From an uncultured Candidatus Saccharibacteria bacterium (lineage in GTDB: Bacteria > Patescibacteriota > Saccharimonadia > Saccharimonadales > CAZWFS01), in the NCBI GenBank assembly GCA_964633325.1, contig CAZWFS010000007.1:1-60006 (forward strand): a stretch of 60,006 nt of DNA. The letters are read 5' to 3'. Below, piece by piece: positions 49,906-59,432 of this stretch. The translations under genes and the position numbers were made by a program. The notes under the pieces are model-generated. The model saw only the letters and a list, made by a program, of their open reading frames with translations. It did not search any database and was not told the origin of the DNA. How positions within the stretch are numbered: the stretch's first letter is position 1; the number at the start of each line of letters is the position of its first letter.

Positions 49906-51423
49906 ATGATTATAATAGTAGACTTCGGCTCCCAAACTACGCACCTCATTGGGCGTCGCCTGAAGGATATCGGTATCCCCTGTAGCGTAATAGACCCAGA
50001 CGCAGCCTATACCCAAATAAAGAAAATTAAGCCAGCTGGAATCATACTTTCTGGTGGTCCCGCGTCTGTTTTTGAAAAAGGTGCCCCTACCATCTCAAAA
50101 CGCATATTCGGACTCGGACTGCCGATATTGGGAATCTGTTATGGTTGGCAACTCATGGCTCAGATGCTAGGAGGCCAGGTTACCGCAGGACAACAAGAAT
50201 ATGGTCCTGCCAGATTGACCATAGCCGATTTTTCCGATTTGTTTTATGGTTTACCCGAAGCCTCTCAAGTGTTTGAATCTCATGGCACATCCGTAGTAAA
50301 ACTACCCTCGGACTTTCAAGTCCTAGGAAGCACGGAAGACCTGTCATATGCCGCGGTTGGTAATCCCAAAAATAGATTTTACGGCGTACAGTTCCACCCG
50401 GAAGCCTTCCACACCAAAAAGGGCACGCAAATCTTAAAGAATTTTGCCACCCGTATCTGCAGCCTGCCCATAAAGACTTCTCGATTGAATACCAAGGAAA
50501 TGATTGCCCAGATCCAGGAGAAGGTAGGAGACCATAAGGTTATTGGCGCTTTCTCCGGAGGCACCGACTCGGCCGTAGCAGGGGTGCTTACCGCCAGGGC
50601 GATAGGCAAACAATTTATCCCGGTTTACATAGATAGCGGCCTTATGCGCGATGAAACCCTGGGGCGTATCAAAAATGACTTCCCGAAGGTTCTAGGGGTC
50701 AAGGTCAGGGTCATCAATGCGCGACGCGAGTTCTTGGCGGCTTTAAAAGGTGTCACCGATCCAGAGCTTAAACGAAAGGTCATAGGCGGCCTGTACATTA
50801 AGCTTTTTGAAAAAGAGATGTTAAAGGAAGCTGGTATAAAATTCCTGCTTCAGGGCACCACCTACGCCGATTTCATCCATTCCCAAGGTACCAAACGATC
50901 CGCCCACATCAAGAGCCACCACAATGTTGGTGGCCTGCCAAAAGATATGAAACTTGAGCTGCTCGAACCTCTGCGCTTCTACTACACGGACCAAGTTCGG
51001 AAAATCGGCATGAAGCTAGGTATGCCAAAAGATATGGTCTACCAGCAACCCTTCCCAGGACCGGGCCATGCCGTCCGAATTATGGGCGAGGTTACAGCCG
51101 AGCGCCTTAAAAAGCAGGTGCAAGCAGACAACATCGTAGTAGAGGAACTTAAGAAAACAGGCTGGTACGACAAGGTCTTTCAATGTTGGTCTATTATGAC
51201 GGGCGCTAACAGTACTGCCGTCAAGGGCGACGGCCGCTTTTACGGCGAAGTTATCGCCTTACGCATCATTAGCAGCCGCGACCGAATGAGTGCCGACTGG
51301 GCTCGACTTTCCCACAAGGTACTAGCCAAATTGTCAACCCGTATAGTCAACGAAGTCCCCGGAATCTCCCGGGTAGTCTACGACATAACCACCAAGCCCC
51401 CCGCCACCATGGAATGGGAATAA
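49906..51423 (+). CDS. guaA: GMP synthase (glutamine-hydrolysing)
   Basis: DFGSQ, GICYG, QFHPE, SGGTDS, IKSHHNVGGLP, PFPGPG, KPPATMEWE. Confidence 0.97.
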   Translation: MIIIVDFGSQTTHLIGRRLKDIGIPCSVIDPDAAYTQIKKIKPAGIILSGGPASVFEKGAPTISKRIFGLGLPILGICYGWQLMAQMLGGQVTAGQQEYGPARLTIADFSDLFYGLPEASQVFESHGTSVVKLPSDFQVLGSTEDLSYAAVGNPKNRFYGVQFHPEAFHTKKGTQILKNFATRICSLPIKTSRLNTKEMIAQIQEKVGDHKVIGAFSGGTDSAVAGVLTARAIGKQFIPVYIDSGLMRDETLGRIKNDFPKVLGVKVRVINARREFLAALKGVTDPELKRKVIGGLYIKLFEKEMLKEAGIKFLLQGTTYADFIHSQGTKRSAHIKSHHNVGGLPKDMKLELLEPLRFYYTDQVRKIGMKLGMPKDMVYQQPFPGPGHAVRIMGEVTAERLKKQVQADNIVVEELKKTGWYDKVFQCWSIMTGANSTAVKGDGRFYGEVIALRIISSRDRMSADWARLSHKVLAKLSTRIVNEVPGISRVVYDITTKPPATMEWE

Positions 51424-51430
51424 GGTCGGC

Positions 51431-51886
51431 TTATATATACGCAAGCCTTGTGAACAACTCAACTGAAGGAGGCGTCAGGTTGTAGTCTTTTAATTGCTTT
51501 GGTTCCAGCCAAATTGTTTCTGCAATATCATCCCCAACCCTAGCTGCTATGTCGTTCGCATTTTTGTCTAATTCTATCCGGTAAACTTTAAAGGTCATCT
51601 CGCATAGTACAGTTTCACCGGTTTCTTTAAGGGTTCTATTTGATGTGCCAGTGCCCTTGTCATCTAGTAAGGTGACTGAAGCGTTAGCTATATCAATGCC
51701 TACTTCTTCTCTCATTTCTCGCGCTAAGGCTGCTGTCTCTGATTCCCCGACTTCAATGCCGCCGCCTGGTAAGTGCCAACAATCCGCATATACTCCACCT
51801 TTTTTGGGGTCTTTTTTGCCAAAAAGGATTTTCCCGTCCTTTGAAACAATAAATCCCACCGCGATATCCCGATGTATCGTCCGCAT
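51431..51886 (-). CDS. NUDIX hydrolase
   Basis: WHLPGGGIEVGESETAALAREMREEVGI; start taken at 51886 because the upstream ORF extension reads through terminators and the tRNA fragment. Confidence 0.9.
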   Translation of the reverse strand: MRTIHRDIAVGFIVSKDGKILFGKKDPKKGGVYADCWHLPGGGIEVGESETAALAREMREEVGIDIANASVTLLDDKGTGTSNRTLKETGETVLCEMTFKVYRIELDKNANDIAARVGDDIAETIWLEPKQLKDYNLTPPSVELFTRLAYI

Positions 51887-51966
51887 GTGTTCACTATATA
51901 ACAAACTAACTGGTCTAGCCGAGCCAAGAGGGGATTCTTGGCTCGGAAAAGGAAGAACAATGCAAG

Positions 51967-52013
51967 ATCCCACCTGAATTTTGGCCACTTGTTTGCCAAA
52001 ATTTAGGTGGGAT
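51967..52013 (-). terminator. Stem-loop downstream of the tRNA(CAT) 3' half
   Basis: ATCCCACCTGAATTTTGGC / GCCAAAATTTAGGTGGGAT inverted repeat. Confidence 0.6.
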
Positions 52014-52030
52014 TGGAATTGATTCTGACG

Positions 52031-52077
52031 TGGTAGCAGGGGCGAGATTCGAACTCGCGACCGCAGGCTTATGAGTC
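52031..52077 (-). pseudogene. Displaced 3' half of the host tRNA(CAT) (attachment junction)
   Basis: GACTCATAAGCCTGCGGTCGCGAGTTCGAATCTCGCCCCTGCTACCA has an intact T-arm and CCA but no 5' half upstream. Confidence 0.9.
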
Positions 52078-52214
52078 TTGCCTTTGACGCTAATGCTAAC
52101 GACTTCACCAAGGTGTACGAACGAGCATTACTACGTTTTCGTCAGCACTTGATTGGTGCTATTGCCGTCAACTCTAGCCGTCAAACTATTTAATAACTTT
52201 TTAATTAAATCAAA

Positions 52215-52291
52215 TGGTAGCGGCGACAGGGTTTGAACCTGTGACCTTAGGCTTATGAGTCCTACGCTCTAACCAACTGAGCTACGCCGCC
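52215..52291 (-). tRNA. Complete tRNA(CAT), probably elongator Met, carried by the element
   Basis: GGCGGCG/CGCCGCT acceptor, CTCATAA loop, ACAGG-TTCAAAC-CCTGT T-arm, CCA; own TGCTATATT extended -10; Met versus Ile2 inferred from G2:C71 and C3:G70. Confidence 0.92.
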
Positions 52292-52485
52292 ACGACTGAT
52301 AACCAATATAGCACGATTTACCCCTGTTGGCTACTAAGAACTTGTGCAACTATCACGGTATGTGGTCGTCAACGTGACACAGCATAATCGAACAGGTTAG
52401 GTCACTGTTCCTTACTTATAATAGCTCCGTCGTATAAACCGCCACCCGCCACACTGACCTATATAGTTCGGCGGTTACCAGTATC

Positions 52486-53124
52486 TTAGCTAATGTCTAT
52501 CGGCTCACCATTCTTAGCTTGTAGAAACTTAATGCCTTGCTTTTCACAGAATATATTTAGGCGTTCATAAAACTTTTGGCAAATCTCATCACGCCACAGC
52601 TAATCGTGGACTGGCAGTACATACTCTGGTTTTAATTCTTCAATAATAGCTGCTGCTTTAGCGGTTGTTCCCCAGGGAGCGGTAATTGGTAGTGCCAAGA
52701 TCTTTTTAGTCTCAGCAAAGTGATGACTATCGCCTGGACTAGTAAACACGTCTAGGTAATGAATGCCTGTGTTAGCAGGAGGAGCGTCAGCTAACGGTTC
52801 CATTGACTCGTGATTAGCACTAAAAAGAGTAGCCAAGTCATTACTGCTTGAGGTTACATTTTTAATTCCTTCTGCCTGTAGCTGCGTTGCTGCTGGTTCG
52901 GTGGTAATAATATTAGCTTGGGGAAACTTACTAAGCAACTCCTTAATAAACGGCAAGTACATGTGGTCCCCGTGTTCGTGGGTAATAAGAATATCGTCCA
53001 GTCTTTCGAGCTTGTTAAGGTCAAATGAGCCCGAATCCCACGACCAGTCGCCTGGGTCAAATAAACCCACCCTATCAGGTGTTTCAATTAGTACACAGGA
53101 ATGTGCAAACTTTGTGATTTTCAT
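52486..53124 (-). pseudogene. MBL-fold metallo-hydrolase with an internal amber stop
   Basis: HSCV, DPG, THEHGDH, PVHD then TAG at 52600-52602; the same frame continues 37 codons (LWRDEICQKFYERL...GEPIDIS) to TAA at 52486. Confidence 0.75.
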
Positions 53125-54071
53125 AAGCTCAACTCCTTTTTCGTTACGGGCTTAATGCCTGATTTATAAAATTGCAGTGTACCAGCAAGCACAGCTAGGC
53201 TTGCAGCTTCCTTAAGAGATATATCATCTTGTAGTAAGGCACATGTAGCAGCCATTGTTTGGTCGCCACAGCCTGTTTCATCTCTCTCATTACCAGCTTC
53301 AACTTTTGGTATGGGAATATGTGTTTGTTCTGTTTCAGTAAATAGGTAAGCACCATTTACACCGTGCGTAATAAACACATTTTTTATGCCTTTTGCTTGT
53401 AGCTTGTTAGCTGCTTGTCGAGCAGTCTCAAAATCAGTAACTTCAATATCGGTCAGCATTTTAGCTTCATGTTCGTTGGGCTTGATTAAGAAAACGCCAG
53501 CCTTAATAAGCTCGTCTATGTTATCGCTAATTTGCAAGCCACCTGGATCAAATAAAACTTTCAAACCGTGTTTGTTAGCTTGTTTCACAGCGTATAAGGC
53601 GGTATCAAGTGGGCATTCTAAAGTAAGGACTAGGAAGCCACTATCAGCACCTACGGTTTCAAAAAGTGGTGTTGCAGCGTCTATATCACCAGAACTAAAG
53701 TCATCACTAATTCCTGGCAACACAAATATCTGGTTGTTGCCTTGCTCATCTACTGGAATGAGTGCAATTCCAGGTAGCTTGTTGGCTTTTTCATAATCAA
53801 GAACATTTACATAGTCAGTATTCACGGTTGATTCTGCTAAAGCGTCCATTGGCAGCTTCCATAAACCATAAGGGTCTTTAACCGTTCTGCCGACCATTGC
53901 CACAGTATTTTCAGGTACGAGGTGTGCAATCATATCCGCAATATTACGGGACTTACCGCCAGCACCAATAAGCAACTCTTTACCGTATACATGCTGACCT
54001 GGCTTTGGGAACTGCTTAATGCCAGTCGCTACTAGATCAGTATTGAGTGAGCCAATGACTATTGTTTTCAT
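53121..54071 (-). CDS. Ribokinase/PfkB family carbohydrate kinase
   Basis: IGSLNTDLV, GGKSRNIA, IKPNEHEA, DETGCGD. Confidence 0.9.
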   Translation of the reverse strand: MKTIVIGSLNTDLVATGIKQFPKPGQHVYGKELLIGAGGKSRNIADMIAHLVPENTVAMVGRTVKDPYGLWKLPMDALAESTVNTDYVNVLDYEKANKLPGIALIPVDEQGNNQIFVLPGISDDFSSGDIDAATPLFETVGADSGFLVLTLECPLDTALYAVKQANKHGLKVLFDPGGLQISDNIDELIKAGVFLIKPNEHEAKMLTDIEVTDFETARQAANKLQAKGIKNVFITHGVNGAYLFTETEQTHIPIPKVEAGNERDETGCGDQTMAATCALLQDDISLKEAASLAVLAGTLQFYKSGIKPVTKKELSL

Positions 54072-54475
54072 TTCTTAACAATCGCTGTAACTTCAATCTC
54101 AATCTTTGCACCGTCTCTGGTCATTCTATTTGCTTCGATCATGGTACTTACGGGCATAGCGTTCTTGAAGTAATCGCCCCTGATTGCTGATATTTTGTCA
54201 AAGTCGTTCATATCAGTAATGTAAATAACTGCTTTCACGACATCATCTATACTTGCGTCTGCTTGCCCTAGTATCTTGATAATATCTTCAAATACCAGCT
54301 TGGTTTGTTCTTCTACATCATCAGTGACTACGCTGTGGTCGTCATTTTTTGGGGCTTGAATGCCCGACACAAAAATCAGGTAATGGTCGCCCAAATCTAT
54401 TTTCTTTGCAGGAGTATAGCTGCCCCGTGTCTTGTAGTCTTCAGGAAGAATGTCTTTGATAAAATCTTTGCTCAT
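54068..54475 (-). CDS. RidA/YjgF family protein
   Basis: SYTPA, FVSGIQ, VVKAVIYITDMNDF, KIEIEVTA. Confidence 0.9.
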   Translation of the reverse strand: MSKDFIKDILPEDYKTRGSYTPAKKIDLGDHYLIFVSGIQAPKNDDHSVVTDDVEEQTKLVFEDIIKILGQADASIDDVVKAVIYITDMNDFDKISAIRGDYFKNAMPVSTMIEANRMTRDGAKIEIEVTAIVKK

Positions 54476-54546
54476 AATTACATAATAACAGGGGTGATTG
54501 GAAATAGCTAGAACTCATCTAACAGTAGTGTGGCATAATCATATTC

Positions 54547-55407
54547 ATGATTTGGATACTACTGTTAGTCGGTCACTTGATAGGAATTGTCGGCTACACA
54601 CTACTCCTTCGTAGGAGTGCTTTGGGTAATCTCAATAAGATTCTTATGGCAGCACTCATGCAAACAGGTATATTTTTGCCGTCCATACTGTTTTTGATAT
54701 TCGGTAACGTGACTTTTAGCCATAGCCCCTCGGAGTGGTTCTTCCTTGTGTTAGGTGGCTTTATGCTTGCTGGACTGATGATAACTAACGTCTGGGCTTT
54801 GACGCACCTTGACGCTTCAATGTTCACTATTCTCTATAACCTACGGCTGCTCATGACAACCGTACTGGGCTTTCTGGTTCTGGGCGAACTACCTACGCCC
54901 CTGCAAATAGCTGGCGGTGTAATTATTTTGATAAGTATTCTCATGCTCAATCTACATCGTGATAAACGGTGGCGAAGTAAGGCAATACTGATTGGATTGT
55001 TTGCGATGATGTGGTTCAGTCTTCACGCCGTCTTAGAAAAGTACAACTTGAAACACATAGACTTCCAAAGCTATTTCTTCACGTTTGCACTGATAGGTAC
55101 AATTTTGCTTTGGGGACTGGTTGCTTGCAAACGCATAAATGTCCGTAGCCAAGTCGAACATATAAAGGACAAAAAGATTTATGCTTTGATAGCTACCCGT
55201 GCATTAAGTGCCTATGCATACACTTACGCCCTCTTGTACGGCTCATTAGCAGTTACTAACTACGTTAGTGGCATGAGTGTTGCACTGATTGTGCTATTCG
55301 GTATCTACATACTCGGAGAGAAAGACGACGTTAAGCAAAAACTAACAGCCGTAGCGGTGGCTTGTGTAGGTCTTACACTTATTCTGCTTGGCCGCTTACT
55401 GCAGTAA
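54547..55407 (+). CDS. EamA/DMT family transporter
   Basis: About 10 TM helices; LGELPTPLQIAGG and ILGEK motifs. Confidence 0.88.
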   Translation: MIWILLLVGHLIGIVGYTLLLRRSALGNLNKILMAALMQTGIFLPSILFLIFGNVTFSHSPSEWFFLVLGGFMLAGLMITNVWALTHLDASMFTILYNLRLLMTTVLGFLVLGELPTPLQIAGGVIILISILMLNLHRDKRWRSKAILIGLFAMMWFSLHAVLEKYNLKHIDFQSYFFTFALIGTILLWGLVACKRINVRSQVEHIKDKKIYALIATRALSAYAYTYALLYGSLAVTNYVSGMSVALIVLFGIYILGEKDDVKQKLTAVAVACVGLTLILLGRLLQ

Positions 55408-56422
55408 AATTCTGTTAAAATGGCCAAGAGCTTAAAGGTACAAATCAGCGACTTATTTACTGGAATGTAATCTATCTCAACTTTCGTCAAGTAGCACGTC
55501 CTAGACCCCTGTACGTGCGTCTCAGAGCTTATAAGTCGGTTCATGTTTTACCTACTTAATATAAGGAGCAAGGCCGTAGGAATTTTTTTCCCAGATTCTT
55601 GACCTCTCAACGTCTTTTCCGTTACCTACATGAGCTGTTGCGACAAGACTGCCATATATGCGACAAACAAAGCCATAAAATAGGCATAGTGTATAATAAG
55701 AAGTGTAATAAGTTAGACTTTTACAGAGGCACGTCACGCTGCTAGAGAAGACCGAAGAAGGTACAGTACCGAAGCAAGAGAGGGAGCATAACCCTCAATA
55801 ACCGTGAAGAAGTAATCTATCGTAAAACTAGCGAGGGCAGCAATGGTCTTATGCGGTTGGCGAACAGGTTGAGCGACGTGTTTGACATTAAAGGTGGTGT
55901 CCTTAGACAAGCCCACCCTGTGGTATAGGGCCAGTGTCAGTGTTGACGGGTTGACGGCCTAACGGCGGGAACTATCAGCATAACCTCTACTTCTTCAAGA
56001 GTAACGTTCAGACAACTTCTGGCGCTTGGGGATAGTAGGGGTAGTGTCTCAAAATCTCAGAGCCTTCAACAGGAACTGAGGTTATTCTATAGAGAATCCC
56101 TGTAGATCGGAGCAAAAAACCAGTTCTCAAACGTGAGCAGCGGCAAAGCCGGTGCGAGAGGCGGTAGCCGGTTGTGTCCATATGTTACGATCTCTATCAA
56201 TGTAATAAATGTGTATTAACCGTCAACAAGTTCTGTAAAAATCTGTCTAAATTCCGGCGTAGCTCTCTGCTATAATCGCCGGTTTTTTGTTATATAGCAT
56301 TCTTTCGGCCAGATTTTTGCGGCTGCAACGCCACCTCTCGTTACTTCATGGCCACCGAGTAATCTGACATAAAATCACTAAAAACCCTGCGAAAACGTGC
56401 AAGTTTTCGTCAAACCGTCAGA

Positions 56423-56653
56423 TTAACGTATGCTAAAAAATGGTGTGGGTACTTCGTTTTGGTATCTGTATGCCTTGATTATCAATTCTGTGAACTCAGG
56501 TTCTTGATTTAAATAGCGGTAAAAACTATCCCTTGAAATTTTATTCTTACGACACGTCTCAGTAACTGAATTATTACGCTGAATGTCGTCGGCAATGTTA
56601 ATCAAGGTCAGATAAGTTATCTTGTGCCTATTGCTGATATTCTTTTTGATCAT
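56423..56653 (-). CDS. Small HTH DNA-binding protein
   Basis: SVTETCRKNKISRDSFYRYLNQEPEF helix-turn-helix pattern. Confidence 0.6.
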   Translation of the reverse strand: MIKKNISNRHKITYLTLINIADDIQRNNSVTETCRKNKISRDSFYRYLNQEPEFTELIIKAYRYQNEVPTPFFSIR

Positions 56654-56746
56654 TATTAACTCCTAATTTTTGTTTCGTCCATCTCTTTTTATTATGACAG
56701 ATTGGGTATTCTGCTAGACGTTGTAAACACTTATAATAATTACCAA

Positions 56747-57541
56747 ATGAGCGAAGATACCGATACTGCCAACGATTACGCATTAGCAAGGTTGCTTAAC
56801 GAGCATGTCATCAAAATATTCAAGCTTTTAGCAGATCATAGAGACATTCCCGATACTACAGAGGTTAACCACAGCTACGTCTTGCTGGCTGATGAGCTAA
56901 AACAAATCTATGCACGACAACCTGAACTACAGAAAATCGGTCAGCCTATCTGCTGGCAAGTCATGGATAATCTCGAGATGTTTCATGAAAATATTGGAGA
57001 GTACAAAACACTGGCTTGGGATTACTACAATTCAGGGGGTGATTATGGCGAGGAGCATAATGCAAATGTAACCACGCTCTGCATTAAAGCTAACATTCGT
57101 GAGCCAATATTATCGTCAAAAATCGAAAACCTACTGGCTGAAGCCAATAAGAATTATGCCCAATTTAAGTATGAACTGGACAAGATGTACGCTACGCTAT
57201 CTATCGAATATGTTTCGGGTAGACCAGTGGTGTCTGTCGGTGATGAGCAGTATTATCTGTCAGCAATGCGTGATGGCTTGGCACTAACAGTTATTTCATA
57301 CTGCCTAAAGCATTATCCTGATAAACAAATAGACTTAAAAACTCTTAAATCTGAATTAAATGAAGCACAGATAAGTGCACCCGGACTGAATAATCTTCGT
57401 GAGAACATTCGCAACTCTCATTTTGGTGATAAGAAGTCGCTTAGCCCCTTTGTTCAAGCATTTCCTAAGGTAATATTGGTCAGGAAAACGACTGAACTGA
57501 GTGATGAACAGCTAGAAATAATCAAACTGGCGGACTCATAA
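56747..57541 (+). CDS. Hypothetical protein, possible C-terminal winged helix
   Basis: Long open frame; first in-frame ATG at 56747; no confident family. Confidence 0.7.
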   Translation: MSEDTDTANDYALARLLNEHVIKIFKLLADHRDIPDTTEVNHSYVLLADELKQIYARQPELQKIGQPICWQVMDNLEMFHENIGEYKTLAWDYYNSGGDYGEEHNANVTTLCIKANIREPILSSKIENLLAEANKNYAQFKYELDKMYATLSIEYVSGRPVVSVGDEQYYLSAMRDGLALTVISYCLKHYPDKQIDLKTLKSELNEAQISAPGLNNLRENIRNSHFGDKKSLSPFVQAFPKVILVRKTTELSDEQLEIIKLADS

Positions 57542-57830
57542 AAGATTTTCGGAATACTTCGGAATAACTGCTCGATTTTTCATAACAACTCGGCATTGAC
57601 GGATTTATTTTATATGGTCTGGGATAATTAGAGTATAACCATTTGAGTTAGAAAACTTGGTGGTGAAAAACTAATTAATAAATGAACGAAACGGTAGAGC
57701 ACCCCGCTCTAACGGCTTGTTCAGTGCGCCCAAAAATATTAACCAAACGAGGAGAAATTTTGACAAATAAAGTGAATTATACAGATAAGCATTGACAAAT
57801 ATTTACAATTAACTAATAATGGAGATTAAC

Positions 57831-58016
57831 ATGGTTAGATATAAATTTCATACGGTCCAGGAAGTTGCAGACATTCTGCAAGTCCACTGGCAAAGTGTAC
57901 TCACCTACATCAAGAGCGGTAAGCTAGAAGCCGTGAAGTTGGGTAAGGGCTATCGCATAAGCGAAACAGCATTACAGAAATTTATTGACGATCACTCTAC
58001 GAGGAAAAAGCGATGA
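57831..58016 (+). CDS. Excisionase-like HTH protein
   Basis: HTVQEVADILQVHWQSVLTYIKSGKLEAVKLGKGYRISETALQKFI; RBS GGAG. Confidence 0.88.
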   Translation: MVRYKFHTVQEVADILQVHWQSVLTYIKSGKLEAVKLGKGYRISETALQKFIDDHSTRKKR

Positions 58017-58222
58017 TGAAAGCACTAAATTTACAAGACTACCCGAAGCTGTTAACGGTGTCAGAAGCCGCAAAAGAACTTCGCATAAGCAACTGGTTGC
58101 TATATGAACTGATGAGAAAAGGCCAGCTCAAGACATTAACCATTGGAGCCCGGAGGTTGATTGCTGCTGATGATTTAGCCAATTTTATAAATGAACGCAA
58201 GGAGCAAGAATATGAAACGTAG
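58013..58222 (+). CDS. Excisionase-like HTH protein
   Basis: LLTVSEAAKELRISNWLLYELMRKGQLKTLTIGARRLIAADDLANFI. Confidence 0.88.
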   Translation: MMKALNLQDYPKLLTVSEAAKELRISNWLLYELMRKGQLKTLTIGARRLIAADDLANFINERKEQEYET

Positions 58223-59432
58223 ACGGGGTGAGGGAACGGTATATAAGCGAAAAGATGGACGGTTTGAGGCGGCGGCTTACGTACATACGCCAACGGGTAT
58301 CAGTCGAGTTCACCGTTATGCTGCTACACGAACCGAAGCAGAGGCAATATTGGTTGAGCTAAGGAATAAAAATAGGAGTGGCTTACTATCAAACACAAGA
58401 GAACAGAAATTGGGCGATTATCTGGATTATTGGCTAACAATAACTAAAACAAAGTTACGTCCAAACACCCATCAATGTTATGAGACTATAGTAAGGCTTT
58501 ATCTCAAGCCAGGACTAGGTAATAAATGCTTAGCTAAACTTAGCGTTGCAGATGTTCAGTCACACATACAAAGTCAACTTAAATTAGGAGTGTCTAATCG
58601 TACAATTCAAAAGCAGCGACTGGTCTTATCAGCCGCTCTCAAACGTGCGGAACACGAAGAAATTATTAGCAGGAACGTGGCACGACTTGTTGAAATACCG
58701 CAATATCGGCCAAAAGAAATTGTACCCTGGAACGCAAATCAACTACGCATATTTTTAGACTATGCTAGTAACGACCCACTCTACCCAATATTTGTTTTGC
58801 TATCTTTGTATGGACTAAGAACAAGTGAAGCGTTAGGTTTATCCTGGCATAACATAGATTTTGATAATAAAGTTATTCAAATACGGCAACAGCTACAGTA
58901 TTCCGACAAGTCATTTCATTATTCGGATTTGAAAACTCAAGCTGGACGGCGTGACTTACCGCTACTCGATATTACTCGTAAGGTTTTGCAGAACATTCCC
59001 CGAACCGATAGTGGACCGTTACCAGATCTAGTATTCAAGACAATAAATGGTAATCCGATTGATAGACGGAACTTACTTAGGTCATTTAAGCGTATTAGCA
59101 AACACGCTGGTCTACCGTTGATTAGAATGCACGACTTACGGCACACAGCCGCCACAATTCTGAAAGATATTGGCGTACAAGCACGGGACACTCAGCTTAT
59201 TTTAGGTCACGCCCATATCACGACAACCCAGCAGATTTACCAACATTCTGGCTTAGAAGAACGTGGTTTGATATTAGAGCGATATGAGCAGAAATTAGTA
59301 AGTATAAGTACCTCTAGCCGTCAATTTCAGCCGTCAAGCGATATATATGAGCAAGAAATATCTAAAGATAACTTCGGTAGTAGTAGGTTAATTCAAGCCC
59401 CTAACCCCAAGCTTATGAGTCCTGTGCTCTGA
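58212..59432 (+). CDS. Tyrosine recombinase/integrase
   Basis: RRRGEGTVYKRKDGR arm-binding N-terminus; GLRTSEALGL, K, RMHDLRHT, LGHA, IYQH catalytic residues; RBS AAGGAG before ATG 58212. Confidence 0.96.
   Translation: MKRRRGEGTVYKRKDGRFEAAAYVHTPTGISRVHRYAATRTEAEAILVELRNKNRSGLLSNTREQKLGDYLDYWLTITKTKLRPNTHQCYETIVRLYLKPGLGNKCLAKLSVADVQSHIQSQLKLGVSNRTIQKQRLVLSAALKRAEHEEIISRNVARLVEIPQYRPKEIVPWNANQLRIFLDYASNDPLYPIFVLLSLYGLRTSEALGLSWHNIDFDNKVIQIRQQLQYSDKSFHYSDLKTQAGRRDLPLLDITRKVLQNIPRTDSGPLPDLVFKTINGNPIDRRNLLRSFKRISKHAGLPLIRMHDLRHTAATILKDIGVQARDTQLILGHAHITTTQQIYQHSGLEERGLILERYEQKLVSISTSSRQFQPSSDIYEQEISKDNFGSSRLIQAPNPKLMSPVL

Larger units (their letters stand above)
52067..59421. mobile_element. 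7.35-kb integrative element (tyrosine integrase plus two excisionase-like HTH genes) inserted in tRNA(CAT)
   Basis: 11-bp direct repeat GCTTATGAGTC at 52067-52077 and 59411-59421; flanking tRNA halves rejoin into a 77-nt tRNA; paired GCCGTCAA sites inside both ends. Confidence 0.92.

Noticed and set aside
51887-52111. 75-aa N-terminal extension of the NUDIX ORF
   Set aside because: It reads through the tRNA 3' half and terminator hairpins; a -10 box sits 6 nt before ATG 51886
55560-55925. Plus-strand frame open for about 120 codons except for one TAG
   Set aside because: No start codon or RBS, no recognisable family, and the length is compatible with chance
52067-59421. TAG recoding within the element
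   Set aside because: Only one internal TAG was found; the second excisionase gene ends on TAG and the other genes are uninterrupted
52251-59421. Alternative element boundary using the core inside the complete tRNA
   Set aside because: Joining these gives a mismatched acceptor (GGCAGGG with CGCCGCT); only the 52031 half pairs correctly
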